Shown here: piece by piece, positions 51,144-64,000 of the stretch
Layout: each line of letters opens with the position of its first letter
How positions within the stretch are numbered: the first letter of the stretch is position 1
Assembly: GCA_012295275.1 (NCBI GenBank)
Contig: CM022673.1
Coordinates: 22,940,001 to 23,004,000, forward strand
DNA length: 64,000 bases
Direction of reading: 5' to 3'
Origin: Chrysomallon squamiferum
Taxonomy: Eukaryota; Animalia; Mollusca
The notes under the pieces: generated by a model
What the model saw: only the letters and a program-made list of their open reading frames with translations
Database searches by the model: none
What the model was told of the DNA's origin: nothing
Position numbers and translations under genes: made by a program

Positions 51144-53558
51144 GTCAAGAATGATGTTGATAAGGTCACAAAATGAAGATAAAATGAATGCCAAAAAAAT
51201 GCAAGTTATCAGGAAATGTTTGTTTTTTGTGGCAGAAATTATGGCTGCAGACAGTAATTGGGGTTTAGGCTAAATCTTTACTCCTTTTGCTTTGTAAATC
51301 CAAATATTACTTGTATGATGCATACAGAAAAATCTTAAGTCTGCACATTTCAGTACAAATAATTTTTGGAATGACTGCTAATCACCTCATAGGCAATAGA
51401 CTTCTGTGTGCACATAAGATAAGGATGATTACCAGAATCAATAAATATTCCTTTTTTATAGCCAGAAGTGAGAAGTTGTCAAATGTATCAAATGTAAGTA
51501 CTTCAGTTCAAAGAAAACAAATATACAAAGTTTCAGAAACTTTGAATGAAGGGTTTCAGGTCAAAATTCTAAAATATTTTGTCCATTTTCACAATTTGTT
51601 GAGAACTTGTTGTTCTTTATATATCAATATATATCAATATACACATACTGAAACACACACATACATTGGTATCAATTTTTAATTTTTAGCGTATATAAAC
51701 ATATTAATATATATATAATAACTGATTAAGGAAAAACAAAAACAAAAACAAAAATAATAATAATAATAATAATAATTCAGTACCACCTTTTAAGTAATAT
51801 AAATAAATGAAAATATTAAGGAAAAAGAAAATTCTGTATATCCTGCTGACTAAAACTTAAAGACCTGTTTAAAATGTATTACCTCAGGGCAGCATTGATA
51901 TTTGGTGACCTCAGATTATGGATTTTAAATGAAGCCTTAGGTTCCTTAAGCAGTCGTCATGTAAGCAATCAAAAGAAGTTTTGATTATTCCTTGGATACA
52001 TACAGAAGCTTGAGGTGAAGATTGTAGAGAAAAAGTAAATGAAAATTTCCAAACTTACATGTCAAAACTAATACAGTTTGATATTTTCAGTTATTTATAC
52101 AAAAGACTTGCATCATATATTCATAGATATTTTGTTTCCTTCATCTAGGAAATAAACAGTTGTATATTATTATTTTCTTTTATTGACTGAATTATCTGCA
52201 ATTTACTATTTTATATAATCTCTGATCCTGACACCTGCCATATAATGGAATATTAATGTAGATGAAAAATTGGTAAACAAGACTATAGAAAACAATACTG
52301 TTTATGCCAGTAAATCATAAAATTGATTACTTTTTGTAATAGGGATTACATAAGAAAAACAAAGCCTTTACATATGCAAGTAAATAAATAACAAAGTGTT
52401 GTTTTGTAGAAAAAACAACAACTAAAATATCCTTGGTTTTGCATAGTTTAATAATAAATGCTGGTTCTGAAGATGGATTTCTATGACTTTTATAACTGAT
52501 ATAATTACACCGATTTGTATTACAATATATAACTCACAAATCAATGATTTCCACTTAATACTCAGATTGTTATACCAAAATGGAAATGATGGTTTTTGTT
52601 ACCATGGTTGCACATATCTGCTTCACTGTGTTTACTTGAAGATAATATGTTTAGCATTTTTATTTTGAAACGTTTAATTTTCAACTACAGTTCATTACAG
52701 ATTTTACAGTCAGGTTACTATGTATGAAACGTGGAAAATAAAATATATACAAACATACATACATACATATATACACGTGTATGTGTGTGTGGGTGTGTGT
52801 ATGATTCAGTCAATAAAATAAAGTTATTCATGTATATATTAAAAGTATTCTATTTTATCAGTCAGTTTTCATATTATACCCTTCAAATTTTATTTAAGTT
52901 TTTTAATATAACAATAATCTTAAAACACATATATCAGCCTCATGTGTGAAAAGTGAAATTTGAATGAAAAAGGGATATAATTATAAAACAGTGCTTAAAA
53001 GCTTAATTAAAAGAAATAAAATAATTTGTTTTTAGATTTATATTTTTTTTTTTTTTTTTTTTTTTAGCTTTTAAAGTAAAATTACATGTAGAAAGTCCAT
53101 TAGTTGGTTTCACCTAATTGCAAAATCTCTAATCAGTTCTCATTAATTAAATGTAACTCATGATCTAGGGATAAAGTACATTTTGTCTGAAGAAACAGTT
53201 TTCATTTTTAAACATTTGGTAATAGTGATTTTTACACAAAAATTGGGTTAAAACATATAAAGTTACTCTCTTATAAATTCGTTATAGAAGTTGGAAATTT
53301 ATTTTTATTTGGTAATGTCCTGTATTAATGCTATATGAATTAAAAAACACATATTTAAAAATATATATTTTTTTATATTTCTTTAATTTTATTTTGGTAT
53401 TGCTTGTTTTAGATTGTAACAGAAACCGTTATTATAAGGCATAATTATTAAATAGATTCAGAACCTGATTATTTTTTATTTGACTTTGTTATACCATAGC
53501 AGATGAATTGCACACAACATGCACATACATAAACTATTTCATAGCTACAACCACAGAA

Positions 53559-53597
<39 letters not shown>

Positions 53598-56500
53598 TGT
53601 TTGTATGTATGCTTGTTGATAGTATCTGGATGATTATTTATTTATAAATATGTTTGAAATAAAGTATTTTTTCTTTGGAATCACTTTGCAGAAAGACATA
53701 TGGCCTATATTTGTAATGATAAAAAAAACTATCATTACTTCACAATATAATGTATGTTTTCAGAATAAAATTCAGCTATAATCAGATAAACAATAGGTTA
53801 GGCTTCTTTGTGTATTATTGATATGATGATGCAACAGTTAATAAGATACAACAAAAGCTACAGTGCGGAAGATCATGAAGGTATATATTAGGAATGGATT
53901 CCTGTTTAAACATCTAATTATAGACAGCAGTTATTACAACACCAGTTATTAACTTCTCCATACAGACATAACCAGCTACCTCAACTTAGTAATTACATGA
54001 CTGGGCTGGTTTTTTTTTCTGTCCAACTTATTTTCATCTTTACCTATAAAATAACTGGCTTATTTTTTATTTTTTTGTTATTAAATCGTTGACTGTATTT
54101 ACCTGTGATCACTTTCCTGGCCCAATCACTACACTGTTTCTGGTTTTTCAGAGGATCTGTTATTTCTATGGGAAGACACACACATAATCTCATGTTGCTA
54201 AAGAACGTATACCCCAGCATTTATTTCTTGTTTTGTATCATTAAAAAAGATATTTTAATTATTTATTCAATTATTTGTTAGTTAATGGAATTAAATAGCT
54301 TCCTTAGTTGTAGCATGTGACTGAATAATGCAGAAAAATTAAATTAATGAGGTTAATCTTCACATACTATAAGATAGAGAGGAGATTTGTCAGTCAAAAA
54401 TATTTATTTTCTCAAAAAACTGTTTAATTCCTTTTTTTTTTTTTTTTCTTATGTCTTCTTCTACTTATTTTCACACTGGTACTGATTTTTGTTTCCTTTT
54501 CTCTTTTCTCCAAAATCTGCTATGAAAGTGAACCCATTAAGACCAGCATTTTCTTTTCACTGGAGAAATTCAGTTTGTCAGGTGAAGTTCAACCAGTAAC
54601 AAATTACACAGGACATTTAAAGGATGAAAATTCTTCCGGTCTTAAGTAACTAAAAATTATGTGCTGTAAGTTGCTGTTGTTATTATTTGTTATAACCTAG
54701 AATGCACTTAACAAGTTAAGTCAATAAATTCCTTAAGTTAAATAAATTATAATATAAAATGGATTCAAAGAGAACAAAATTTGTTTTCTTCTACTGGAAT
54801 GCTATTTTTGTTTATTTGTTTTATGTTGGAACTAAAATTGCTGCAGTTTTGCATTAAGTGTTATTTTTTACAAATTTTAATATTTTTATTTTTAATCTAG
54901 AGTGATCTTTATACCATTTTCTAAATTCTAAAACTGAATTGAAAATAAAATATTAATAAATAAGAAATGCTGCCTGGACTATTTCAAACAAAATGCCATA
55001 CTTATTATAATATGCTTAATTAAATTGCATTTGTTGGTTTAAAATACAGTAACTTCATTTTAAGTCTGGTGAAAATAAAAATTTATATTTTCTGGTAGAT
55101 AAAAAAAAATATTTCAAGAAAATAACCATGACATTTAAGATACTTGTGTGGTCTTTCATTGTTATAAAATGTTAATGCATATTAAGAACAGTCATTAAAA
55201 CTGATTCATAATAATTATTTTAAGTTATTTTATACAGTTAGTTGGTATGCCTGCTATTCATTAAAATGCTGTTGTGTTTCCAGTGATATGGCAGTTACCT
55301 TTTAATGATTTAAGTTCACACATCATCTACATTACATAAACAAGTGACACTATTACAGCAGCAGCAGCAACAATTCTGGTTTAGAAGCAGTGATGCAGCG
55401 TGATAAAAACAACAACTTTCAGTTCATTTTGCTTGGGTGTTGAAGCCTGATAGCATAAAAATATCAACACTTTACATAAATGTCAGCTACAGTAAAAGAA
55501 AACATCCAGCAAGAAATCCTTTTTTCATCACTTTTCATTATTTTAGAATGTGCAGTGTCAGATGAATAATCTCTTTTTTGTGAAAAATCCATTGGACAAC
55601 CAGTAACAGCACGAAAATCAATAGAGGCATAGTTACACATTTCTGATACTTGCTGTGGGCTTTCTCTGACAGCTAACTAAATGATTCAAAAAAATAAGTT
55701 TATATGTTCAGATCCAGTTATATATACTAATTTATGTAAACCATTCTGTGGTAACTGAAAATAAAGGAGATATAGACAGCTCTTTTTAATAATAGTCTCT
55801 AATCCAGCTTTTATGATAAATTTATTAATTACATGCCTCGAATAAGCTTATTTAGTTTATTATTTATTTTTATTTATATTTATTATTATTATATTTTTTT
55901 TTTTTTTTAAATATATATTTGTTATTGTTGTTTTACTTTGTATTTATTACTATTTGAAATGATAATAGTAATACTGGCCAAACAATCTATTTTATGATTA
56001 AAATAATGAGATTAATCATTAGATTCAGTATTTTTAAACATAATCCAGTTAAAAGGTGTTGGGCTAAAATGCCTGATCCCTGGAGTCTAATTCCATTCTT
56101 ACATTCATATAAATTTTTTTAAATCGGGCATTTGGGACTAAAATTCACAACAGTGTGACTTGATTAATGAGTTAATGGGTTAAACAGACAGTTTGTGTTT
56201 GTAATAAAATACATTTTATTAAGCTTTGACTGTATATCAACATCAAACCATACAAGATGTAGCTAAATGGTAGAAAGTAAATTTAAGGTGAAGTGGATTG
56301 TTGCATCACTCTTTCTAGCTGGACCGATAGAGCTGTTTTTATTTTATTTTTTATTTTTTTCAGCAAGTATGAGTTGCTGACATCCTATGTTATAAATTAA
56401 AGATCCCTAGCTGCTATTTGGAATGGAAGGCCTCATGATAGTAGCAGTGGGTTTAGGGTTTCTTTTCTTATTATCTGAATGTTATAAACCACGTATGTCC

Positions 56501-57948
56501 AGGTATAAATAAAATGTGTTGGAAATAAATTACATTTCTTTAATAATAATAAAACAGAATATCATAAATGTAATTATTCCAGGAGTTCAGTTGAGATCAT
56601 GTTATTGTTAGTGACACATTGTAACTTCCCGGATCAAGCCTCCTTTATTCTTCCTCTTTATTCTTCCAATCGAAACTCTTGGGTATGTTATCAGGTTTTC
56701 TCTAAAAGGAGAAATGTTGTTGTCATGGACACAAAACCCATCTGGGTTTGCTTCTGATATTGTAGAATGTCAAATTAATGAGTTCAGGATTAGGAAAATT
56801 GTAAACATTACATGTTTTCTTTAGCGTGAATTTTATGCATTTAAATATCACTATATTAAAAATTACGTATGAGGAAATGTTATTGCCACATTGTTGTAAA
56901 GTTTGTTAAAATTGTTAGGGGAGTTAGAGTGGCCATTTCCAAAAATAAGGACATTTTTTAACAGTTTCTGTAATACTTATTTTTAAATTAAAATGTTTAA
57001 TGACGAGTCGAAACATAAAATATGCTTAGAGTTGTTGATTTATCAAATATCAAAGGTTCATAAGAGTTATTTAGTGATTTTTCAAAAATTTCATTTAGAA
57101 AAAATAAAGGCACTGTATGTATTAATTTTATGATACATACATTAAAACAGTAAAAATAAAGAACTGAAAGAAATTAATGTTAATTTTTACACCTGCTGGA
57201 ACAAGAGTCCACAAAAAGAAGGACTGGTGGTTGTGACAGAGGACAGAGTTTTCAAAAGCAGTTTATCTGGCCAACCTAAAGTAATATGATCCACTTGGAC
57301 TCAGGTCACATATTATATACTGTGTGACATCACTGCAGGAATTAAAGTTTATAAATAATGAAGCTGCAGTGAAATGTATAATACTGCAGTGATACATGGA
57401 ATAGCTAAACATACATGTATTAGATAATGTGATTATTGGAGAACAGGTCATTTTGGTTCATACATTTGTAACCAAATAAATTTCAAAATCATGTTTTAGG
57501 GAAATGGTTTGAAAATGATACCCAAGACAATGCTAAATTAAAATGATAGTTTATTACGTATGCCTATGTTTTTTGTTAACACTTATTGAACTGAAAATTG
57601 GAAGAGTTTGTTGTTTAATTTTATGTTATTATTAAATAAAATCTTATGGAAAACTATTTTAGATAAGAAATATTTACAGTTTAATTCGAAGAAAAAGCAC
57701 TTTTAGCTGTATGTTCTGTTTCTAAAAATAACTAATGAATTTCCAATTGCAAACACTATAACATTATGTACCTCCATTATAAGCCAGGAAAATGGGTTAA
57801 TATTCCTAATTTGATTAATCCTATTAACTTTTGACTTGGAAACAAATAGCTAAGTTTTCGCATTTACAAATGTTTAGTGCCATTAAATTGACTATAATAA
57901 ATTAGAACTATTTTGTTGTAGTTGTTTTCTTGGGATGTTATTTTTCTT

Positions 57949-57981
<33 letters not shown>

Positions 57982-60900
57982 CTAAGAAGGTTGTGTTTAT
58001 GTTTGTTTGAATGTCTGTATGAATGTATTTCAGATAATCATTTTCAGAATTTTATTTAATTATTTTTGACAATAAATGAGAAATCAAAAAAAAAGTTTGT
58101 ATTTTTATTAGAATATGTTTTAAAACTAACAATTCTTTCTTCTTTTTTTTTTTTTTTTTTTTTTTTTCTTCTTTTGTTTCTAATAGAAATTCTATATTTG
58201 TAGGATATTTAATATGTTACAAAGTATTATTAAAATATTTATAAATATTAAGTTAATCAGATTTGGTTCATAATAGTAAATATTGACATGTAATCAGTGT
58301 TTATTTTGAAGAACCAAATCTTATTATAAACGAATTAAGCTAGTGTTTATATCACTGCTAGCTAGCAACATATCATGGCTATTGTTGAGAACAAAAATAA
58401 TTATTTCGAGTTGGTTCTATTATACAAATTCTGTGTCAATGAAATTCCACTTTACCACTTAAAACAAATGTTTATAGAAATAATAATATCACCTAAGATA
58501 AAACTTTTATGTTTTCATTTTTCAGTATGTTTTCATGTGACAAAAATTATTTTTTGAAATCGTCTTAAACTGAAAATGTAGTTTTAAAATATAATAAATA
58601 TATTATAGTAACTAGAAATTTGTCCAGCTATTCATTCAAAATCAGTTTGGGAACATTTCTAACATATAACAATGACAGAAGTAATTTAAAAAAAACAACA
58701 AAAAAAAACAACCCACAAACAATATCAATTACTACTGTTAATATTAATGCTTTGTGACTACAATTACTGTTATTTTTACTAGTATTACTACTACCACTAC
58801 TACAAATACTGCTACTATTGTCAGTACAACTATGCTGCTGCAGCTAGTACTATTGTTACACTAATAATAATAATATTAATAATAAGAAGAAGAATGTGCT
58901 TTTTAATTATCACATTTCATTTAATTTCAGGATACACCAAATATGTTATCTCTGGATGTAGCTTTGATGGAAATCAGAAAACAAATGGATGCTGATCCTA
59001 CTGGATGTTATGTTATTGACATGATGCCCAATCTCCGTTTTCTAGTACAGAGTACAGAGCTTGTGAAAAATCCAATTGAAGAGATGCAGTCATTTGAAAA
59101 TGAAGTAAGCTTTCCAGATCAATATGTGTGTACATAATAAGTGAAAAAAACAACAGACTGGCAAATTCTACAGGTGGTCAGCTGAACAGTTTTCCTAACT
59201 TCCCAGTTTTTTTATTTTTAAATTTCTTACTGTTAAATTATTTTGATTACAGCTTTATCAAGGATTTTTATCAAATAATATATATATATTTTTTTTAATT
59301 CTTTTTGTCTAATGGGATGTTCATGTTCAATCAGTGCTTCATATGATTTATTTTATAAAAAGCTTTTTCTCTGTGGGAAGATATATATAACTTTCTTGTG
59401 ATACTTAGGCTAACACAAAATAACTACATTTCTTTATGATTAATAAAAAAAAGAGGAAGAAAGAAGTGACATGTTAAAGATGATTATATATATTTCAAGC
59501 CTGTCATTCCTTTTAACTACAGTTTTTGTTTTTTTGTAGTATCCTGTATCATTTGCCATTAATTTTGACAACCCTCCTGAGAAATTGACCAAAGATCTTA
59601 ACAAAAGTACAAGTACACAGCAGTCAGTGCCAGCAACGAAAAGTGATGAAGCCGACTATGGAAGAACAAAGGTAAGACATTAAGGATTATATTCTCGACA
59701 AAGAACTATTCTTGTTAGTTTGTTGTTACGTACAAATTTTCTTAGTAACCTCAGATTCAGCAATTTTCATATATTGTTAGAAAATAATAAATAATCAATA
59801 CAGCTTTTTACTATATCTAAAAATATATATTTCCATTTATTTCCATTTGTATGATTGTATGTTATATGAGTATGTGGTTGACATGGACGTAACTTTGTCA
59901 CAGTGTTCTTCGAAGAAGACTTAATTATGTGTAGATTAAAAATCATTTTAAATTTTTCTTGTGATTATAAAAATAAATGTCAACCAGCTAATTGTCTGTG
60001 TCTTGCAGAGTGACATCTAAAGGTATGGCTGATAATCAATGTAACAAAATGATGTGTAACAGACATCTATTTATACATAGTGCACTTGAGATAATGTTGA
60101 CATTTTACAGATCCTTTCCCAAGTGCAGCCAAAGTCATTTGTCAAATTAAATCTTCACTAGATTTGAAGAAAATAAAAAGTGTGTAATGACCTGTCTCTG
60201 ATTTTATCACAGGGATTATAGGAATTAAAGACAAATAATTGTGTCAGATAATTTCTTTAGTAATATAGATAAAAATCTTGTTATTTTTATGAAATCTTTA
60301 TAAATTACATATTAACATTTGAATTTAATTGATATTCAAAGACATTTTTTTCCCACTGAACATCTATTCTTTTTTTGTCTGACTAAATTAATTTGAACTG
60401 CTTTACCAATATTTCAATACTCTTCTTTGTTAATAATTATAAAAAAAATTAATTAACAGCAGAGTAATTCTAAACAAATAATAATGAAAAAAAACGACTT
60501 ATTTTAGTTATGATACTTGTTAGCTTCATCTTGTAAATATTTTAATTATGTATAGAAATTTGATTATTTTCTTGAAAGATAAGATGAAATAATTATCTTT
60601 TTATTTCAGAGGCGAGCTACTTTGTTTCAAAACAGTGTTCGGCCATTTATAAACTACTTTCTGCATTCTGACAGACTTGTAAATATTGATGTATCATCAG
60701 GAGCAATGGATATGATCTGGGAAAAAATATGCAGCATTTTCCTAGATCTGAATTTTCGAAATCGTTTCAATGTCAATTCTGTGATAATATTTTCTTTTGG
60801 TAAGTATATTTTGTAATACTTTTTAAATATAACTAAATCATGCATTTTTCTTTTAAATTACACTGAAATAAAATTAATTTTTGATGTAATTTCACTGTTA

Positions 60901-62428
60901 CTCTAGCTTTTAAATACAAATTGTTTCTGTTACTAACAGAGAAATTGTCTGTTTAATATTAATTTGTAGTTACATGTAGATCAGATTTAATCGTCATTAG
61001 TACTTTATTCCATCAAAACATTTTAACATTTGAAATAAATTGTCATAATCAATGTCTGTTGACTAACATACACACACACACATGCACACACATACATATA
61101 ATCAAATTTTAATCTGTATTAAGATATTGCTGTCATTATGGTTTCTGTGATTGTTCTCTTAAAATCTTCAACATTTTAAAAAAAATGTATCATAAGTTGC
61201 AATATATTTTGTTTTTCAGATGGAGAGTACATGGAAAATATAGAATTAGGAAAATACAGTACACAACATATAAATCTGAAAGAACATATCCAGGATCCAT
61301 TAGATTCAGAGGTAGTTAGAGAAAGAAATTGTTAAATAAATACATTATTTAAATAGCTAATAAAATAATTTATATTTAAGTAATAAGTCAACATACTTTA
61401 CATGTAGTGAAGCTTCATTCTGGCAACTGACATAAATGCTATTAGATCTGACTTTTGTCACTTTAGTGTCACTGAAAAAAGTATTATAAAATGAAAGAAA
61501 AAATATTTTCAAATTTCATATGTGAAGATATGCACTGAATTTTTTTGACATTTGTTTCAGAAGAAAGTCTGCTCAACCCTGTGTAATATCATAGACAGCA
61601 GTGATCCAACAGTTGAAGTGTTTTGTGTCAGTCTAGAGGGAACCTCAATTAACAAACAAACAAAATGTCAAGTATGTAAAATTATTTAACAGTTACATCA
61701 TTCAAGTACATTTATTTTTTTTTTTTTTTTTTCACTGATGCAACACAAGAATTGAGTGGTGAAAGGAATACCATTTCATCCATTTGGGAGTATTCTATTG
61801 CGAGAATTTAAATTGTTTTTATTATTGAATTCTGCAAATACTATTAACACCTCCAAAATCTAATTCTCAGAGGTAATTTAGTTTGTTACCATGAAATTGT
61901 ATTAACATAACTGTGGTAGTCCTGGAGAAACATATCTTAGAAATCTGTAGTTGGTGACCTGAAAATTCCATATTCAGATCAAACTCTGTAGTTTATGTTG
62001 AAAGAACTTACATTTGAGGTTTCTTTCTAAATAAAATTAAATAATTATAACATAAACTTTTATCTGATGGAATCATTTACTAATTAGGTAACAAGTAACA
62101 AGATAAAAGAGTAATGTTGCGCAATGGCCCTTATTTATTAAACATGTGAATCAATTCCTTACTTCTAAATATTGTAATCAGTTTATTTCAAAGTTCCATG
62201 CTGTTCTTTTGTCATTTGAAGGTAGAGAAGCAGTCTGTGATGTTTGTTCAAGAGGAAAACAGTTTCTTGCATACACAGGTGGCTCTGAACACCAAGACTA
62301 AGGATGCAGTTCGCTTCAAAGCTGTATCGTCAACAAGTTACGAAATATGTCTCTTTCCAGTGGAAACAGACACAGAACTATGCAAGCAAATTGCCCTAAT
62401 GATGGCTGAGTGCAGAAAAAACTCCTGA
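43217..62428 (+). CDS. Divergent adenylate-kinase-fold protein (AK1/AK5/CMPK-like), N-terminal MGC acylation motif, probably catalytically impaired; 8 exons, 401 aa
   Basis: Exons 43217-43355, 45373-45533, 58931-59104, 59540-59671, 60610-60799, 61220-61311, 61561-61671, 62222-62428 join in phase (1206 nt). P-loop VIFVFGGPGSKKG; FGFKLIN; GCYVIDMMPN at the GFLIDGYPR position; RRATLFQNSVRPFINYF..RLVNIDVS..IWEKI matches the AK C-terminal strands and helices. Confidence 0.78.
48481..48546. repeat. Short ~21-bp tandem repeat (about 3 copies, tctgtaga.aatata...)
   Basis: ctctgtagacaatatacagtt / tctgtagatcaatatatgatt / tctgtagataacatgaat. Confidence 0.7.
49975..50208. repeat. Local duplication of ~85 bp (49975-50061 and 50125-50208)
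   Basis: Shared gtagaat..aaacagtttataaaataatg.taaaatgtttaaat..atggaaaaagt.attttgaaattaat. Confidence 0.85.
53560..53595. repeat. (AC)n microsatellite
   Basis: Direct reading. Confidence 0.95.
56252..56540 (+). mobile_element. Degraded tRNA-derived SINE
   Basis: Pol III A-box-like TAGCTAAATGG (56260-56270). The body aaagatccctagctgcta..gcagtgggttt..aaataaaatgtgttg resembles a gastropod SINE body and tail (from memory). The B-box is not clearly intact. Confidence 0.55.
59310..59400 (+). mobile_element. Short SINE-core relic
   Basis: gttcaatcagtgcttc...ctgtgggaagatatatataa resembles the same SINE core. Confidence 0.3.
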
Positions 62429-63269
62429 AATTCATGTATATAACACTTAGTTAGTTTTCGTCATTTATTTCATCTCCATGTACTTGTAAATATTCTTGCT
62501 GCTAAAAACTATTTATGACATTTTTAGTTAACTTGTCAGTCTGAAGTCATCAAATCACAAATTAAAGTTTTTAACTCATTGAAGTCATTTATATACTTTA
62601 TATTTTAGAAATTGTCCAGTAGATGAGTGAAAACTGAAATGCAAAAAGATTGCTTAAAAAACAATTTAATATTTTTTATTTTATAACCTTAAAAAAAAAT
62701 TAAATAAAAGAAAGAAAATACGGGGTCACAAGTTATACAAATACAGTACCTATACTATAATTTATTTTTATGAGATTTTTACTAATTAAGCTTTAAACTG
62801 ATATTATTATTATTATATTTAATTTTAATGATAAAATAAAAATTAATAAAATATCCTTTTTGTAATATTTAATCAGTCCCTTAATCTGAACAATTAATTA
62901 CAGTTCCGTCTAAAAGAAATAACATCTGATGTTAGATTAGTTCAGTGCAACAAAATGTACAATTTCAGTTACACTGTCCACAGTTGCCTCCTTTCATCAG
63001 TACTTGAAAAGCCAAAATACACAGTCTCACATTATACTGTTCACAACTGCATCCTGTGTTATTTTTCTGTTGCTTGTATATTAATTAATGTACTTATTTT
63101 TTGACAATGAAGTCTATTTATCTTCCGTGGATAGCAAATGTGATCACTGAATACTCGTGTCTGATGGACCTCATATAGAATTTTGAAGAAGATTTAACAT
63201 CAGCGAATGCTCAGAAACACATTTTATTATTCACAGTTTATAGATCTCACATTTCATGTATTACATATG

Positions 63270-63470
63270 TTAATGAGAAACATGCTCCCCAACCCTTCCA
63301 TAACCCAGACTAATTACTAGTCATTTTTAATGTACACTTTCCATCAGACAAGAAAGCACATACCACGATCTTTGACAAATAACTGACTGGAATATAAACT
63401 GTGCTTGCAGTGAGACTGTTTATAATGTATCATAACCCAGTCTGATGTTCGAACCACATCACTACATTCC
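63270..63470 (-). mobile_element. Degraded SINE relic, reverse orientation
   Basis: cactttccatcagacaagaaagcacataccacgatctttga resembles the reverse strand of the SINE core (from memory). Confidence 0.45.
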
Positions 63471-63715
63471 CCTTCAGTAAGTTATACACATCAGCTCATT
63501 AGTAATGCTTTCTCAAATATCAGAAATATAATTAAAATAGATGATTAATTTCTTTATTACACATGTTTTGGATTGTATGAAACTGAACCCAAAGAATTTT
63601 ATTTCTGTATTTGTTGTTTTGATTTAAGATAATACAGTTTCTCATGACTTTTTGTGAACATCAGATTTTTTTTTTTATTATTATTTTTTTTTCTTTCTTT
63701 CTTTTCTTTTTCTTT

Positions 63716-63720
<5 letters not shown>

Positions 63721-63785
<65 letters not shown>
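63721..63785. repeat. (CT)n microsatellite
   Basis: Direct reading. Confidence 0.97.
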
Positions 63786-63791
<6 letters not shown>

Positions 63792-64000
63792 TTTTTTTTT
63801 TATTCTTTTCTGATGATAAACTAATCTAGTTATATAGCTGAATGAATATATTTGATGAAACAAAATATTTTTTAAAATTTCTACATGCATTTATTGTATT
63901 GGGTTTGTAATTGTTCATTTTATTGTAAATTTTTATCAATAAGTAATTTGTGCACTAGAACACATTACTTTTTAGGTTGTTTGTTTGTATTTACTGTCTG

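Noticed and set aside
51287-51682. 131-aa ORF in the long intron
   Set aside because: No recognisable domain, a non-ATG start and intron-like composition.
56255-56330. Functional tRNA gene
   Set aside because: Only an A-box-like motif; no intact B-box or cloverleaf. Treated as a SINE head.
56580-57460. Slightly GC-richer stretch that could be a decayed DNA transposon
   Set aside because: No TIR pair or transposase motif could be identified by eye.

Overview
This is very AT-rich, intron-rich animal genomic DNA, not prokaryotic. It is probably a lophotrochozoan; degraded SINE-like repeats resemble gastropod SINEs as I remember them. I assembled six genes by hand from GT-AG boundaries and reading-phase continuity. 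(1) The 5' end of a cysteine-string protein/DNAJC5 gene (-), which runs off the left edge. (2) A single-coding-exon RING/B-box/coiled-coil/NHL TRIM E3 ligase (-). (3) An 18-coding-exon SENP1/2-like SUMO protease (-, 639 aa). (4) Gamma-tubulin (-, 13 exons, 457 aa), head-to-head with (5) a FAM134/RETREG3-like ER-phagy receptor (+, 8 exons, 463 aa), the same divergent arrangement as human TUBG1/RETREG3. (6) An 8-exon, 401-aa adenylate-kinase-fold protein (+) with an MGC dual-acylation N-terminus, degenerate catalytic motifs and a second decayed AK-like repeat; this is the best candidate for something undescribed. Non-coding features include an 81-bp mariner-type MITE, an inverted copy of the end of SENP exon 1, several local duplications, a decayed ~50-bp minisatellite, SINE relics and many microsatellites. 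No database searches were run, and all gene models need RNA-seq confirmation.
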